From assembly GCF_009914755.1 (NCBI RefSeq), contig NC_060948.1: DNA of 64,000 bases; one strand, given 5' to 3'. Positions within the stretch are counted from its first letter, which is position 1. Each line of letters starts with the position of its first letter. Source of the DNA: the human T2T-CHM13v2.0 reference genome, Homo sapiens. Below, one piece after another: positions 1 through 20,771 of the stretch. Under the pieces are notes generated by a model. It saw nothing but the letters and a program-made list of their open reading frames with translations. It was not told the origin of the DNA and made no database searches. Position numbers and translations under genes: made by a program.

Positions 1-1112
1 ATATATATTATATATTATATATAATACGTTGTAGGTATAATTCCTATATTAAATATATATTATAGGACTATGTTATTAATTACATGTCACATATGTTATA
101 TATTATATATTTTACATAGAATACACCGGTTACATACAATATATACTATGTTACCTATAATGTATAATTTATTACATGTAAAATAAAGAATGCAATATAT
201 TATGTATAATTTATAATATACAATATGTGGAATGTGATATATATAACATATAATATATGATATATGATATACAGTATATGATATATAACATACAATGTAT
301 GATACCTAATATATATGGTATACAATATATATTTTATGATATGTATTCTATATGTTTTATATTCTGTTATATATAACTATTTGAAATTATATATAACTGT
401 ATAATATTTTATGTAAATATGTAATATAATATATAACTATATAATATATTATATATAACTATATATTATGTTATATATACTTTTATAACATAATTTACAT
501 AAAATATCATAATATAATATATATTATATTATTTCATATTACATAATATATATTACATATCACCCAATATAAGTAACATACATAATATTATAATATAGAT
601 TATATTATGTTATATTAAATATCATATATATCATGTATCATATATTCTATAGTATATATGATACATTATATAATATGTATGTTGTCTATTATGTGATATA
701 TATAACTATATATAATTATATTATTATACATATTACTAGATAAACATGTAATTCTACATATTTTCATTTATAATATATAGAATTATATAATCATATATAA
801 TTATTTATATTCTATAAAAAATTATATCATTATATAAATTATAATATATAAAAATTATAATATGTACTACAAATATATATATTATATATCATATATGATA
901 TAGTACCTTTGTTATATATCATAATACATATAAATGTGTATTATGTTATCTATAATTATATAATTTCATATATAAGATGTATAATATGTATTATATATTA
1001 TATATGTTATGTAATATATATAGTATATATAAGATGACACAGGATAAATATTATATACTATGACATATAAAATATATGAGGTTATATGTTACATATAAGG
1101 CATAGCACATAA

Positions 1113-1427
<315 letters not shown>

Positions 1428-1996
1428 AGATCCATATTTTTTAAATGAAAAAAAATTTCAAAGGTACTCTGCTTGGTACAATAATCAAATGTATAAACTG
1501 AGGAATAAAACATAACCATGAAACCTACTTATAACTGCATATGGAAAATACAGAGGATAATTTTTTAAATAACATATTTTGAAAGCCTTAACTAGTAATT
1601 TGAAGAGTTGGCATTTGAAAGGCCAGTATGAATATACCTTCAAAGCAGCAACACAGGTTCCCCATGAGAAAAAGCAAACTCAGGGAAAATAAAACCACAA
1701 AGGTTCAATCTCTTCTGACCTTTGAAAGACACAGCACAGACAGTGGTCCTTAGGACGAAGAGCAGGAGACCCCTAATTCCGTCACCATGGCGATAGGGCA
1801 TAAACATTGCTGGGTGAGGGCACAATCCACATTGTGAGGTCCAACTGCTGCCAGGAAGACAGGAGTGCTTTTACATAGACCGAAAGGTCATTGAAGGCTC
1901 AGAGTTTTGTTTCAAGAACTGAATCCCAAGCCCACACGTTATTAGGCTGCGCTTCTTAAAACAAGTTATGAGATGGGAAAAAGGGCACCTACAAAC
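1428..1996. repeat. HSATI-type subunit of unit 1 (representative; recurs after every Alu copy)
   Basis: ~570 bp non-simple sequence from 'agatccatatttttt' to 'gggcacctacaaac', highly conserved in all 26 units. Size and position fit the HSATI component of DYZ2. Boundaries are approximate. Confidence 0.75.
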
Positions 1997-3841
<1,845 letters not shown>

Positions 3842-5942
3842 AGATCCATATTTTTTAAATGAAAAAAAATTTCAAAGGTACTCTGCTTGGTACAATAATC
3901 AAATGTATAAACTGAGGAATAAAACATAACCATGAAACCTACTTATAACTGCATATGGAAAATACAGAGGATAATTTTTTAAATAACATATTTTGAAAGC
4001 CTTAACTAGTAATTTGAAGAGTTGGCATTTGAAAGGCCAGTATGAATACACCTTCAAAGCAGCAACACAGGTTCCCCATGAGAAAAAGCAAACTCAGGGA
4101 AAATAAAACCACAAAGGTTCAATCTCTTCTGACCTTTGAAAGACACAGCACAGACAGTGGTCCTTAGGACGAAGAGCAGGAGACCCCTAATTCCGTCACC
4201 ATGGCGATAGGGCATAAACATTGCTGGGTGAGGGCACAATCCACATTGTGAGGTCCAACTGCTGCCAGGAAGACAGGAGTGCTTTTACATAGACCGAAAG
4301 GTCATTGAAGGCTCAGAGTTTTGTTTCAAGAACTGAATCCCAAGCCCACACGTTATTAGGCTGCGCTTCTTAAAACAAGTTATGAGATGGGAAAAAGGGC
4401 ACCTACAAACATACGTATACATTATGTATATAACAATATACAGTATCATATATATAATATATATAACCCATGTATAATATTGTTTTACATCCTGCATCTT
4501 ATATTATATATATTGTATAAAATATAATAATTGATAATATATAAATTTTATATTTATACAATATGACATATAGTATATATTATAATTTATTACATATATA
4601 ATATATGTTATATATCATATATAGAATATATTATACGGTTAATATACGTATTAAATATAAATTATACATTACATATATTATATATAATATATCTGCTATA
4701 TATAATACCCATTGTGCATAATATATATATTATGTCTATGTTATATATAGTATAAAACAACATATAATAATATATAATTGTATATATAAAACGCGACATA
4801 TAATATATATTATATTTTATGACATATGTAATATATATTATATATTATATATAATACGTTGTATGTATAATACCTATATTAAATATAAATTATATGACTA
4901 TGTTATTAATTACATGTCACATATGTTATATATTATATATTTTACATAGAATATACCGGTTACATACAATATATACTATGTTACCTATAATGTATAATTT
5001 ATTACATGTAAAATAAAGAATGCAATATATTATGTATAATTTATAATATACAATATGTGGAATGTGATATATATAACATATAATATATGATATATGATAT
5101 ACAGTATATGATATATAACATACAATATATGATACCTAATATATATGGTATACAATATATATTTTATGATATGTATTCTATATGTTTTATATTCTGTTAT
5201 ATATAACTATTTGAAATTATATATAACTGTATAATATTTTATGTAAATATGTAATATAATATATAACTATATAATATATTATATATAACTATATATTATG
5301 TTATATATACTTTTATAACATAATTTACATAAAATATCATAATATAATATATATTATATTATTTCATATTACATAATATATATTACATATCACCCAATAT
5401 AAGTAACATACATAATATTATAATATAGATTATATTATGTTATATTAAATATCATATATATCATGTATCATATATTCTATAATATATATGATACATTATA
5501 TAATATGTATGTTGTCTATTATGTGATATATATAACTATATATAATTATATTATTATACATATTACTAGATAAACATGTAATTCTACATATTTTCATTTA
5601 TAATATATAGAATTATATAATCATATATAATTATTTATATTCTATAAAAAATTATATCATTATATAAATTATAATATATAAAAATTATAATATGTACTAC
5701 AAATATATATATTATATATCATATATGATATAGTACCTTTGTTATATATCATAATACATATAAATGTGTATTATGTTATCTATAATTATATAATTTCATA
5801 TATAAGATGTATAATATGTATTATATATTATATATGTTATGTAATATATATAGTATATATAAGATGACACAGGATAAATATTATATACTATGACATATAA
5901 AATATATGAGGTTATATGTTACATATAAGGCATAGCACATAA

Positions 5943-6257
<315 letters not shown>

Positions 6258-8385
6258 AGATCCATATTTTTTAAATGAAAAAAAATTTCAAAGGTACTCT
6301 GCTTGGTACAATAATCAAATGTATAAACTGAGGAATAAAACATAACCATGAAACCTACTTATAACTGCATATGGAAAATACAGAGGATAATTTTTTAAAT
6401 AACATATTTTGAAAGCCTTAACTAGTAATTTGAAGAGTTGGCATTTGAAAGGCCAGTATGAATATACCTTCAAAGCAGCAACACAGGTTCCCCATGAGAA
6501 AAAGCAAACTCAGGGAAAATAAAACCACAAAGGTTCAATCTCTTCTGACCTTTGAAAGACACAGCACAGACAGTGGTCCTTAGGACGAAGAGCAGGAGAC
6601 CCCTAATTCCGTCACCATGGCGATAGGGCATAAACATTGCTGGGTGAGGGCACAATCCACATTGTGAGGTCCAACTGCTGCCAGGAAGACAGGAGTGCTT
6701 TTACATAGACCGAAAGGTCATTGAAGGCTCAGAGTTTTGTTTCAAGAACTGAATCCCAAGCCCACACGTTATTAGGCTGCGCTTCTTAAAACAAGTTATG
6801 AGATGGGAAAAAGGGCACCCACAAACATACGTATACATTATGTATATAATAATATACAGTATCATATATATAATATATATAACCTATGTATAATATTGTT
6901 TTATATCCTGCATCTTATATTATATATATTGTATAAAATGTAATAATTGATAAAATATAAGTTTTATATTTATACAATATGACATATAGTATATATTATA
7001 ATTTATGACATATATAATATATGTTATATATCATATATAGAATATATTATACGGTTAATATACGTATTAAATATAAATTATACATTATATATATAATATA
7101 AAATATATCTGTTATATATAATACCCATTATGCATAATATATATATTATGTCTATGTTATATATACTATAAAACAACATATAATAATATATAACTGTATA
7201 TATAAAATGCGACATATAATATATATTATATTTTATGACATATGTAATATATATTATATATTATATATAATACGTTGTATGTATAATACCTATATTAAAT
7301 ATATATTATATGACTATGTTATTAATTACATGTCACATATGTTATATATTATATATTTTACATAGAATATACCGGTTACATACAATATATACTATGTTAC
7401 CTATAATGTATAATTGATTACATGTAAAATAAAGAATGCAATATATTATGTATAATTTATAATATACAATATGTGGAATGTGATATATATAACATATAAT
7501 ATATGATATATGATATACAGTATATGATATATAACATACAATATATGATACCTGATATATATGGTATACAATATATATTTTATGATATGTATTCTCTATG
7601 TTTTATATTCTTTTATATATAACTATTTGAAATTATATATAACTGTATAATATTTTATGTAAATATGTAATATAATATATATAACTATATAATATTTTAT
7701 ATATAACTATATATTATGTTATATATACTTTTATAACATAATTTACATAAAATATCATAATATAATATATATTATATTATTTCATATTACATAATATACA
7801 TTCCATATGACCCAATATAAGTAACATACATAATATTATAATATAGATTATATTATGTTATATTAAATTTCATATATATCATGTATCATATATTCCATAA
7901 TATATATTATACATTATATAATATGTATGTTGTCTATTATGTGATATATATAACTAAATATATAATTATATTGTGATACATATAACTAGATAAACATGTA
8001 ATTCTACATATTTTCATTTATAATATATAAAATTATATAATCATATATAATTATTTATATTCTATAAAAAATTATATCATTATATAAATTATAATATATA
8101 AAAATCATAATATGTCCTACAAATATATATATTATATATCATATATGATATAGTACCTTTGTTATATATCATAATACATATAAATGTGTATTATGTTATC
8201 TATAATTATATAATTTCATATATAAGATGTATAATATATATTATATATTATATATGTTATGTAATATATATAGTATATATAAGATGTCACAGGATAAATA
8301 TTATATACTATGACATATAAAATATATGAGGTTATATGTTACATATAAGGCATAGCACATAACATGTAATATATATCATCTATAA

Positions 8386-8677
<292 letters not shown>

Positions 8678-10782
8678 AGATCCATATTTTTTAAATGAAA
8701 AAAAATTTCAAAGGTACTCTGCTTGGTACAATAATCAAATGTATAAACTGAGGAATAAAACATAACCATGAAACCTACTTATAACTGCATATGGAAAATA
8801 CAGAGGATAATTTTTTAAATAACATATTTTGAAAGCCTTAACTAGTAAATTGAAGAGTTGGCATTTGAAAGGCCAGTATGAATATACCTTCAAAGCAGCA
8901 ACACAGGTTCCCCATGAGAAAAAGCAAACTCAGGGAAAATAAAACCACAAAGGTTCAATCTCTTCTGACCTTTGAAAGACACAGCACAGACAGTGGTCCT
9001 TAGGACGAAGAGCAGGAGACCCCTAATTCCGTCACCATGGCGATAGGGCATAAACATTGCTGGGTGAGGGCACAATCCACATTGTGAGGTCCAACTGCTG
9101 CCAGGAAGACAGGAGTGCTTTTACATAGACCGAAAGGTCATTGAAGGCTCAGAGTTTTGTTTCAAGAACTGAATCCCAAGCCCACACGTTATTAGGCTGC
9201 GCTTCTTAAAACAAGTTATGAGATGGGAAAAAGGGCACCCACAAACATACGTATACATTATGTATATAATAGTATACAGTATCATATATATAATATATAT
9301 AACCTATGTATAATATTGTTTTACATAATGCATCTTATATTATATATATTGTATAAAATATAATAATTGATAATATATAAGTTTCATATTTATACAATAT
9401 GACATATAGTATATATTATAATTTATGACATATATAATATATGTTATATATCATATATAGAATATATTATACTGTTAATATACGTATTAAATATAAATTA
9501 TACATTATATATATTATATATAATATATCTGTTATATATAATACCCATTATGCATAATATATATATTATATCTATGTTATATATAGTATAAAACAACATA
9601 TAATAATATATAATTGTATATATAAAATGCGACATATAATATATATTATATTTTATGACATATGTAATATATATTATATATTATATATAATACGTTGTAT
9701 GTATAATACCTATAATAAATATATATTATATGACTATGTTATTAATTACATGTCACATGTGTTATATATTATATATTTTACATAGAATATACCGGTTACA
9801 TACAATATATACTATGTTACCTATAATGTATAATTTATTACATGTAAAATAAAGAATGCAATATATTATGTATAATTTATAATATACAATATGTGGAATG
9901 TGATATATATAACATATAATATATGATATATGATATACAGTATATGATATATAACATACAATATATGATACCTAATATATATGGTATACAATATATATTT
10001 TATGATATGTATTCTATATGTTTTATATTCTGTTATATATAACTATTTGAAATTATATATAACTGTATAATATTTTATGTAAATATGTAATATAATATAT
10101 ATAACTATATAATATATTATATATAACTATATATTATGTTATATATACTTCTATAACATAATTTACATAAAATATCATAATATAATATATATTATATTAT
10201 TTCATATTACATAATATATATTACATATCACCCAATATAAGTAACATACATAATATTATAATATAGATTATGTTATGTTATATTAAATATCATATATATC
10301 ATGTATCATATATTCTATAATATATATTATACATTATATAATATGTATGTTGTCTATTATGAGATATATATAACTATATATATAATTATATTATTATACA
10401 TATAACTAGATAAACATGTAATTCTACATATTTTCATTTATAATATATAGAATTATATAATCATATATAATTATTTATATTCTATAAAAAATTATATCAT
10501 TATATAAATTATAATATATAAAAATTATAATATGTACTACAAATATATATATTATATATCATATATGATATAGTACCTTTGTTATATATCATAATACATA
10601 TAAATGTGTATTATGTTATCTATAATTATATAATTTCATATATAAGATGTATAATATGTATTATATATTATATATGTTATGTAATATATATAGTATATAT
10701 AAGATGACACAGGATAAATATTATATACTATGACATATAAAATATATGAGGTTATATGTTTCATATAAGGCATAGCACATAA

Positions 10783-11097
<315 letters not shown>

Positions 11098-13202
11098 AGA
11101 TCCATATTTTTTAAATGCAAAAAAATTTCAAAGGTACTCTGCTTGGTACATTAATCAAATGTATAAACTGAGGAATAAAACATAACCATGAAACCTACTT
11201 ATAACTGCATATGGAAAATACAGAGGATAATTTTTTAAATAACATATTTTGAAAGCCTTAACTAGTAATTTGAAGAGTTGGCATTTGAAAGGCCAGTATG
11301 AATATACCTTCAAAGCAGCAACACAGGTTCCCCATGAGAAAAAGCAAACTCAGGGAAAATAAAAACATAAATGTTCAATCTCTTCTGACCTTTGAAAGAC
11401 ACAGCACAGACAGTGGTCCTTAGGACGAAGAGCAGGAGACCCCTAATTCCGTCACCATGGCGATAGGGCATAAACACTGCTGGGTGAGGGCACAATCCAC
11501 ATTGTGAGGTCCAACTGCTGCCAGGAAGACAGGAGTGCTTTTACATAGACCGAAAGGTCATTGAAGGCTCAGAGTTTTGTTTCAAGAACTGAATCCCAAG
11601 CCCACACGTTATTAGGCTGCGCTTCTTAAAACAAGTTATGAGATGGGAAAAAGGGCACCCACAAACATACGTATACATTATGTATATAATAATATACAAT
11701 ATCATATATATAATATATATAACCTATGTATAATATTGTTTTACATCCTGCATCTTATAATATATATATTGTATAAAATATAATAATTGATAATATATAT
11801 GTTTTATATTTATACAATATGACATATAGTATATATTATAATTTATGACATATATAATATATGTTATATATCATATATAGAATATATTATACGGTTAATA
11901 TACGTATTAAATATAAATTATACATTATATATATTATATATAATATATCTGTTATATATAATACCCATTATGCATAATATATATATTATGTCTATGTTAT
12001 ATATAGTATAAAACAACATATAATAATATATAATTGTATATATAAAATGCGACATATAATATATATTATATTTTATGACATATGTAATATATATTATATA
12101 TTATATATAATACGTGGTATGTATAATACCTATATTAAATATATATTATATGACTATGTTATTAATTACATGTCACATATGTTATATATTATATATTTTA
12201 CATAGAATATACCGGTTACATACAATATATACTATGTTACCTATAATGTATAATTGATTACATGTAAAATAAAGAATGCAATATATTATGTATAATTTAT
12301 AATATACAATATGTGGAATGTGATATATATAACATATAATATATGATATATGATATACAGTATATGATATATAACATACAATATATGATACCTAATATAT
12401 ATGGTATACAATATATATTTTATGTTATGTATTCTATATGTTTTATATTCTGTTATATATAACTATTTGAAATTATATATAACTGTATAATATTTTATGT
12501 AAATATGTAATATAATATATATAACTATAAAATATATTATATATAACTATATATTATGTTATATATACTTTTATAACATAATTTACATAAAATATCATAA
12601 TATAATATATATTATATTATTTCACATTACATAATATGTATTACATATCACCCAATATAAGTAACATACATAATATTATAATATAGATTATATTATGTTA
12701 TATTAAATATCATATATATCATGTATCATATATTCTATAATATATATTATACATTATATAATATGTATGTTGTCCATTATGTGATATATATAACTATATA
12801 TATAATTATATTATTATACATATAACTAGATAAACATGTAATTCTACATATTTTCATTTATAATATATAGAATTATATAATCATATATAATTATTTATAT
12901 TCTATAAAAAATTATATCATTATATAAATTATAATATATAAAAATTATAAGATGTACTACAAATATATATATTATATATCATATATGATATAGTACCTTT
13001 GTTATATATCATAATACATATAAATGTGTATTATGTTATCTATAATTTTATAATTTCATATATAAGATGTATAATATGTATTATATATTGTATATGTTAT
13101 GTAATATATATAGTATATATAAGCTGACACAGGATAAATATTATATACTATGACATATAAAATATATGAGGTTATATGTTACATATAAGGCATAGCACAT
13201 AA

Positions 13203-13517
<315 letters not shown>

Positions 13518-15622
13518 AGATCCATATTTTTTAAATGAAAAAAAATTTCAAAGGTACTCTGCTTGGTACAATAATCAAATGTATAAACTGAGGAATAAAA
13601 CATAACCATGAAACCTACTTATAACTGCATATGGAAAATACAGAGGATAATTTTTTAAATAACATATTTTGAAAGCCTTAACTAGTAATTTGAAGAGTTG
13701 GCATTTGAAAGGCCAGTATGAATATACCTTCAAAGCAGCAACACAGGTTCCCCATGAGAAAAAGCAAACTCAGGGAAAATAAAACCACAAAGGTTCAATC
13801 TCTTCTGACCTTTGAAAGACACAGCACAGACAGTGGTCCTTAGGACGAAGAGCAGGAGACCCCTAATTCCGTCACCATGGCGATAGGGCATAAACATTGC
13901 TGGGTGAGGGCACAATCCACATTGTGAGGTCCAACTGCTGCCAGGAAGACAGGAGTGCTTTTACATAGACCGAAAGGTCATTGAAGGCTCAGAGTTTTGT
14001 TTCAAGAACTGAATCCCAAGCCCACACGTTATTAGGCTGCGCTTCTTAAAACAAGTTATGAGATGGGAAAAAGGGCACCTACAAACATACGTATACATTA
14101 TGTATATAATAATATACAGTATCATATATATAATATATATAACCCATGTATAATATTGTTTTACATCCTGCATCTTATATTATATATATTGTATAAAATA
14201 TAATAATTGATAATATATAAGTTTCATATTTATACAATATGACATATAGTATATATTATAATTTATGACATATATAATATATGTTATATATCATATATAG
14301 AATATATTATACTGTTAATATACGTATTAAATATAAATTATACATTATATATATTATATATAATATATCTGTTATATATAATACCCATTATGCATAATAT
14401 ATATATTATATCTATGTTATATATAGTATAAAACAACATATAATAATATATAATTGTATATATAAAATGCGACATATAATATATATTATATTTTATGACA
14501 TATGTAATATATATTATATATTATATATAATACGTTGTATGTATAATACCTATAATAAATATATATTATATGACTATGTTATTAATTACATGTCACATGT
14601 GTTATATATTATATATTTTACATAGAATATACCGGTTACATACAATATATACTATGTTACCTATAATGTATAATTTATTACATGTAAAATAAAGAATGCA
14701 ATATATTATGTATAATTTATAATATACAATATGTGGAATGTGATATATATAACATATAATATATGATATATGATATACAGTATATGATATATAACATACA
14801 ATATATGATACCTAATATATATGGTATACAATATATATTTTATGATATGTATTCTATATGTTTTATATTCTGTTATATATAACTATTTGAAATTATATAT
14901 AACTGTATAATATTTTATGTAAATATGTAATATAATATATATAACTATATAATATATTATATATAACTATATATTATGTTATATATACTTTTATAACATA
15001 ATTTACATAAAATATCATAATATAATATATATTATATTATTTCATATTACATAATATATATTACATATCACCCAATATAAGTAACATACATAATATTATA
15101 ATATAGATTATGTTATGTTATATTAAATATCATATATATCATGTATCATATATTCTATAATATATATTATACATTATATAATATGTATGTTGTCTATTAT
15201 GAGATATATATAACTATATATATAATTATATTATTATACATATAACTAGATAAACATGTAATTCTACATATTTTCATTTATAATATATAGAATTATATAA
15301 TCATATATAATTATTTATATTCTATAAAAAATTATATCATTATATAAATTATAATATATAAAAATTATAATATGTACTACAAATATATATATTATATATC
15401 ATATATGATATAGTACCTTTGTTATATATCATAATACATATAAATGTGTATTATGTTATCTATAATTATATAATTTCATATATAAGATGTATAATATGTA
15501 TTATATATTATATATGTTATGTAATATATATAGTATATATAAGATGACACAGGATAAATATTATATACTATGACATATAAAATATATGAGGTTATATGTT
15601 TCATATAAGGCATAGCACATAA

Positions 15623-15937
<315 letters not shown>

Positions 15938-18042
15938 AGATCCATATTTTTTAAATGCAAAAAAATTTCAAAGGTACTCTGCTTGGTACATTAATCAAAT
16001 GTATAAACTGAGGAATAAAACATAACCATGAAACCTACTTATAACTGCATATGGAAAATACAGAGGATAATTTTTTAAATAACATATTTTGAAAGCCTTA
16101 ACTAGTAATTTGAAGAGTTGGCATTTGAAAGGCCAGTATGAATATACCTTCAAAGCAGCAACACAGGTTCCCCATGAGAAAAAGCAAACTCAGGGAAAAT
16201 AAAAACATAAATGTTCAATCTCTTCTGACCTTTGAAAGACACAGCACAGACAGTGGTCCTTAGGACGAAGAGCAGGAGACCCCTAATTCCGTCACCATGG
16301 CGATAGGGCATAAACACTGCTGGGTGAGGGCACAATCCACATTGTGAGGTCCAACTGCTGCCAGGAAGACAGGAGTGCTTTTACATAGACCGAAAGGTCA
16401 TTGAAGGCTCAGAGTTTTGTTTCAAGAACTGAATCCCAAGCCCACACGTTATTAGGCTGCGCTTCTTAAAACAAGTTATGAGATGGGAAAAAGGGCACCC
16501 ACAAACATACGTATACATTATGTATATAATAATATACAATATCATATATATAATATATATAACCTATGTATAATATTGTTTTACATCCTGCATCTTATAA
16601 TATATATATTGTATAAAATATAATAATTGATAATATATATGTTTTATATTTATACAATATGACATATAGTATATATTATAATTTATGACATATATAATAT
16701 ATGTTATATATCATATATAGAATATATTATACGGTTAATATACGTATTAAATATAAATTATACATTATATATATTATATATAATATATCTGTTATATATA
16801 ATACCCATTATGCATAATATATATATTATGTCTATGTTATATATAGTATAAAACAACATATAATAATATATAATTGTATATATAAAATGCGACATATAAT
16901 ATATATTATATTTTATGACATATGTAATATATATTATATATTATATATAATACGTGGTATGTATAATACCTATATTAAATATATATTATATGACTATGTT
17001 ATTAATTACATGTCACATATGTTATATATTATATATTTTACATAGAATATACCGGTTACATACAATATATACTATGTTACCTATAATGTATAATTGATTA
17101 CATGTAAAATAAAGAATGCAATATATTATGTATAATTTATAATATACAATATGTGGAATGTGATATATATAACATATAATATATGATATATGATATACAG
17201 TATATGATATATAACATACAATATATGATACCTAATATATATGGTATACAATATATATTTTATGTTATGTATTCTATATGTTTTATATTCTGTTATATAT
17301 AACTATTTGAAATTATATATAACTGTATAATATTTTATGTAAATATGTAATATAATATATATAACTATAAAATATATTATATATAACTATATATTATGTT
17401 ATATATACTTTTATAACATAATTTACATAAAATATCATAATATAATATATATTATATTATTTCACATTACATAATATGTATTACATATCACCCAATATAA
17501 GTAACATACATAATATTATAATATAGATTATATTATGTTATATTAAATATCATATATATCATGTATCATATATTCTATAATATATATTATACATTATATA
17601 ATATGTATGTTGTCCATTATGTGATATATATAACTATATATATAATTATATTATTATACATATAACTAGATAAACATGTAATTCTACATATTTTCATTTA
17701 TAATATATAGAATTATATAATCATATATAATTATTTATATTCTATAAAAAATTATATCATTATATAAATTATAATATATAAAAATTATAAGATGTACTAC
17801 AAATATATATATTATATATCATATATGATATAGTACCTTTGTTATATATCATAATACATATAAATGTGTATTATGTTATCTATAATTTTATAATTTCATA
17901 TATAAGATGTATAATATGTATTATATATTGTATATGTTATGTAATATATATAGTATATATAAGCTGACACAGGATAAATATTATATACTATGACATATAA
18001 AATATATGAGGTTATATGTTACATATAAGGCATAGCACATAA

Positions 18043-18357
<315 letters not shown>

Positions 18358-20456
18358 AGATCCATATTTTTTAAATGAAAAAAAATTTCAAAGGTACTCT
18401 GCTTGGTACAATAATCAAATGTATAAACTGAGGAATAAAACATAACCATGAAACCTACTTATAACTGCATATGGAAAATACAGAGGATAATTTTTTAAAT
18501 AACATATTTTGAAAGCCTTAACTAGTAATTTGAAGAGTTGGCATTTGAAAGGCCAGTATGAATATACCTTCAAAGCAGCAACACAGGTTCCCCATGAGAA
18601 AAAGCAAACTCAGGGAAAATAAAACCACAAAGGTTCAATCTCTTCTGACCTTTGAAAGACACAGCACAGACAGTGGTCCTTAGGACGAAGAGCAGGAGAC
18701 CCCTAATTCCGTCACCATGGCGATAGGGCATAAACATTGCTGGGTGAGGGCACAATCCACATTGTGAGGTCCAACTGCTGCCAGGAAGACAGGAGTGCTT
18801 TTACATAGACCGAAAGGTCATTGAAGGCTCAGAGTTTTGTTTCAAGAACTGAATCCCAAGCCCACACGTTATTAGGCTGCGCTTCTTAAAACAAGTTATG
18901 AGATGGGAAAAAGGGCACCTACAAACATACGTATACATTATGTATATAATAATATACAGTATCATATATATAATATATATAACCCATGTATAATATTGTT
19001 TTACATCCTGCATCTTATATTATATATATTGTATAAAATATAATAATTGATAATATATAAGTTTTATATTTATACAATATGACATATAGTATATATTATA
19101 ATTTATGACATATATAATATATGTTATATATCATATATAGAATATATTATACGGTTAATATACGTATTAAATATAAATTATACATTATATATATTATATA
19201 TAATATATCTGCTATATATAATACCCATTGTGCATAATATATATATTATGTCTATGTTATATAATATAAAACAACATATAATAATATATAATTGTATATA
19301 TAAAACGCGACATATAATATATATTATATTTTATGACATATGTAATATATATTATATATTATATATAATACGTTGTATGTATAATACCTATATTAAATAT
19401 AAATTATATGACTATGTTATTAATTACATGTCACATATGTTATATATTATATATTTTACATAGAATATACCGGTTACATACAATATATACTATGTTACCT
19501 ATAATGTATAATTTATTACATGTAAAATAAAGAATGCAATATATTATGTATAATTTATAATATACAATATGTGGAATGTGATATATATAACATATAATAT
19601 ATGATATATGATATACAGTATATGATATATAACATACAATATATGATACCTAATATATATGGTATACAATATATATTTTATGATATGTATTCTATATGTT
19701 TTATATTCTGATATATATAACTATTTGAAATTATATATAACTGTATAATATTTTATGTAAATATGTAATATAATATATAACTATATAATATATTATATAT
19801 AACTATATATTATGTTATATATACTTTTATAACATAATTTACATAAAATATCATAATATAATATATATTATATTATTTCATATTACATAATATATATTAC
19901 ATATCACCCAATATAAGTAACATACATAATATTATAATATAGATTATATTATGTTATATTAAATATCATATATATCATGTATCATATATTCTATAGTATA
20001 TATGATACATTATATAATATGTATGTTGTCTATTATGTGATATATATAACTATATATAATTATATTATTATACATATTACTAGATAAACATGTAATTCTA
20101 CATATTTTCATTTATAATATATAGAATTATATTATCATATATAATTATTTATATTCTATAAAAAATTATATCATTATATAAATTATAATATATAAAAATT
20201 ATAATATGTACTACAAATATATATATTATATATCATATATGATATAGTACCTTTGTTATATATCATAATACATATAAATGTGTATTATGTTATCTATAAT
20301 TATATAATTTCATATATAAGATGTATAATATGTATTATATATTATATATGTTATGTAATATATATAGTATATATAAGATGACACAGGATAAATATTATAT
20401 ACTATGACATATAAAATATATGAGGTTATATGTTACATATAAGGCATAGCACATAA

Positions 20457-20771
<315 letters not shown>

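Noticed and set aside
228-234. Single TGGAATG (HSat2/3, DYZ1-like) motif per unit
   Set aside because: One isolated motif is not evidence of DYZ1 sequence.
1640-1825. 61-aa minus-strand ORF repeated in all 26 units
   Set aside because: Short, no recognisable domain, lies in satellite DNA; recurrence reflects array identity, not evident selection.
1821-1836. Hairpin CACAAT-ccac-ATTGTG
   Set aside because: A 6-bp stem is expected by chance and there is no covariation support.
19230-19463. 77-aa plus-strand Y/I/N-rich ORF (seven copies)
   Set aside because: Appears only in units with a 2-bp deletion in the AT tract, starts at GTG and is low-complexity.
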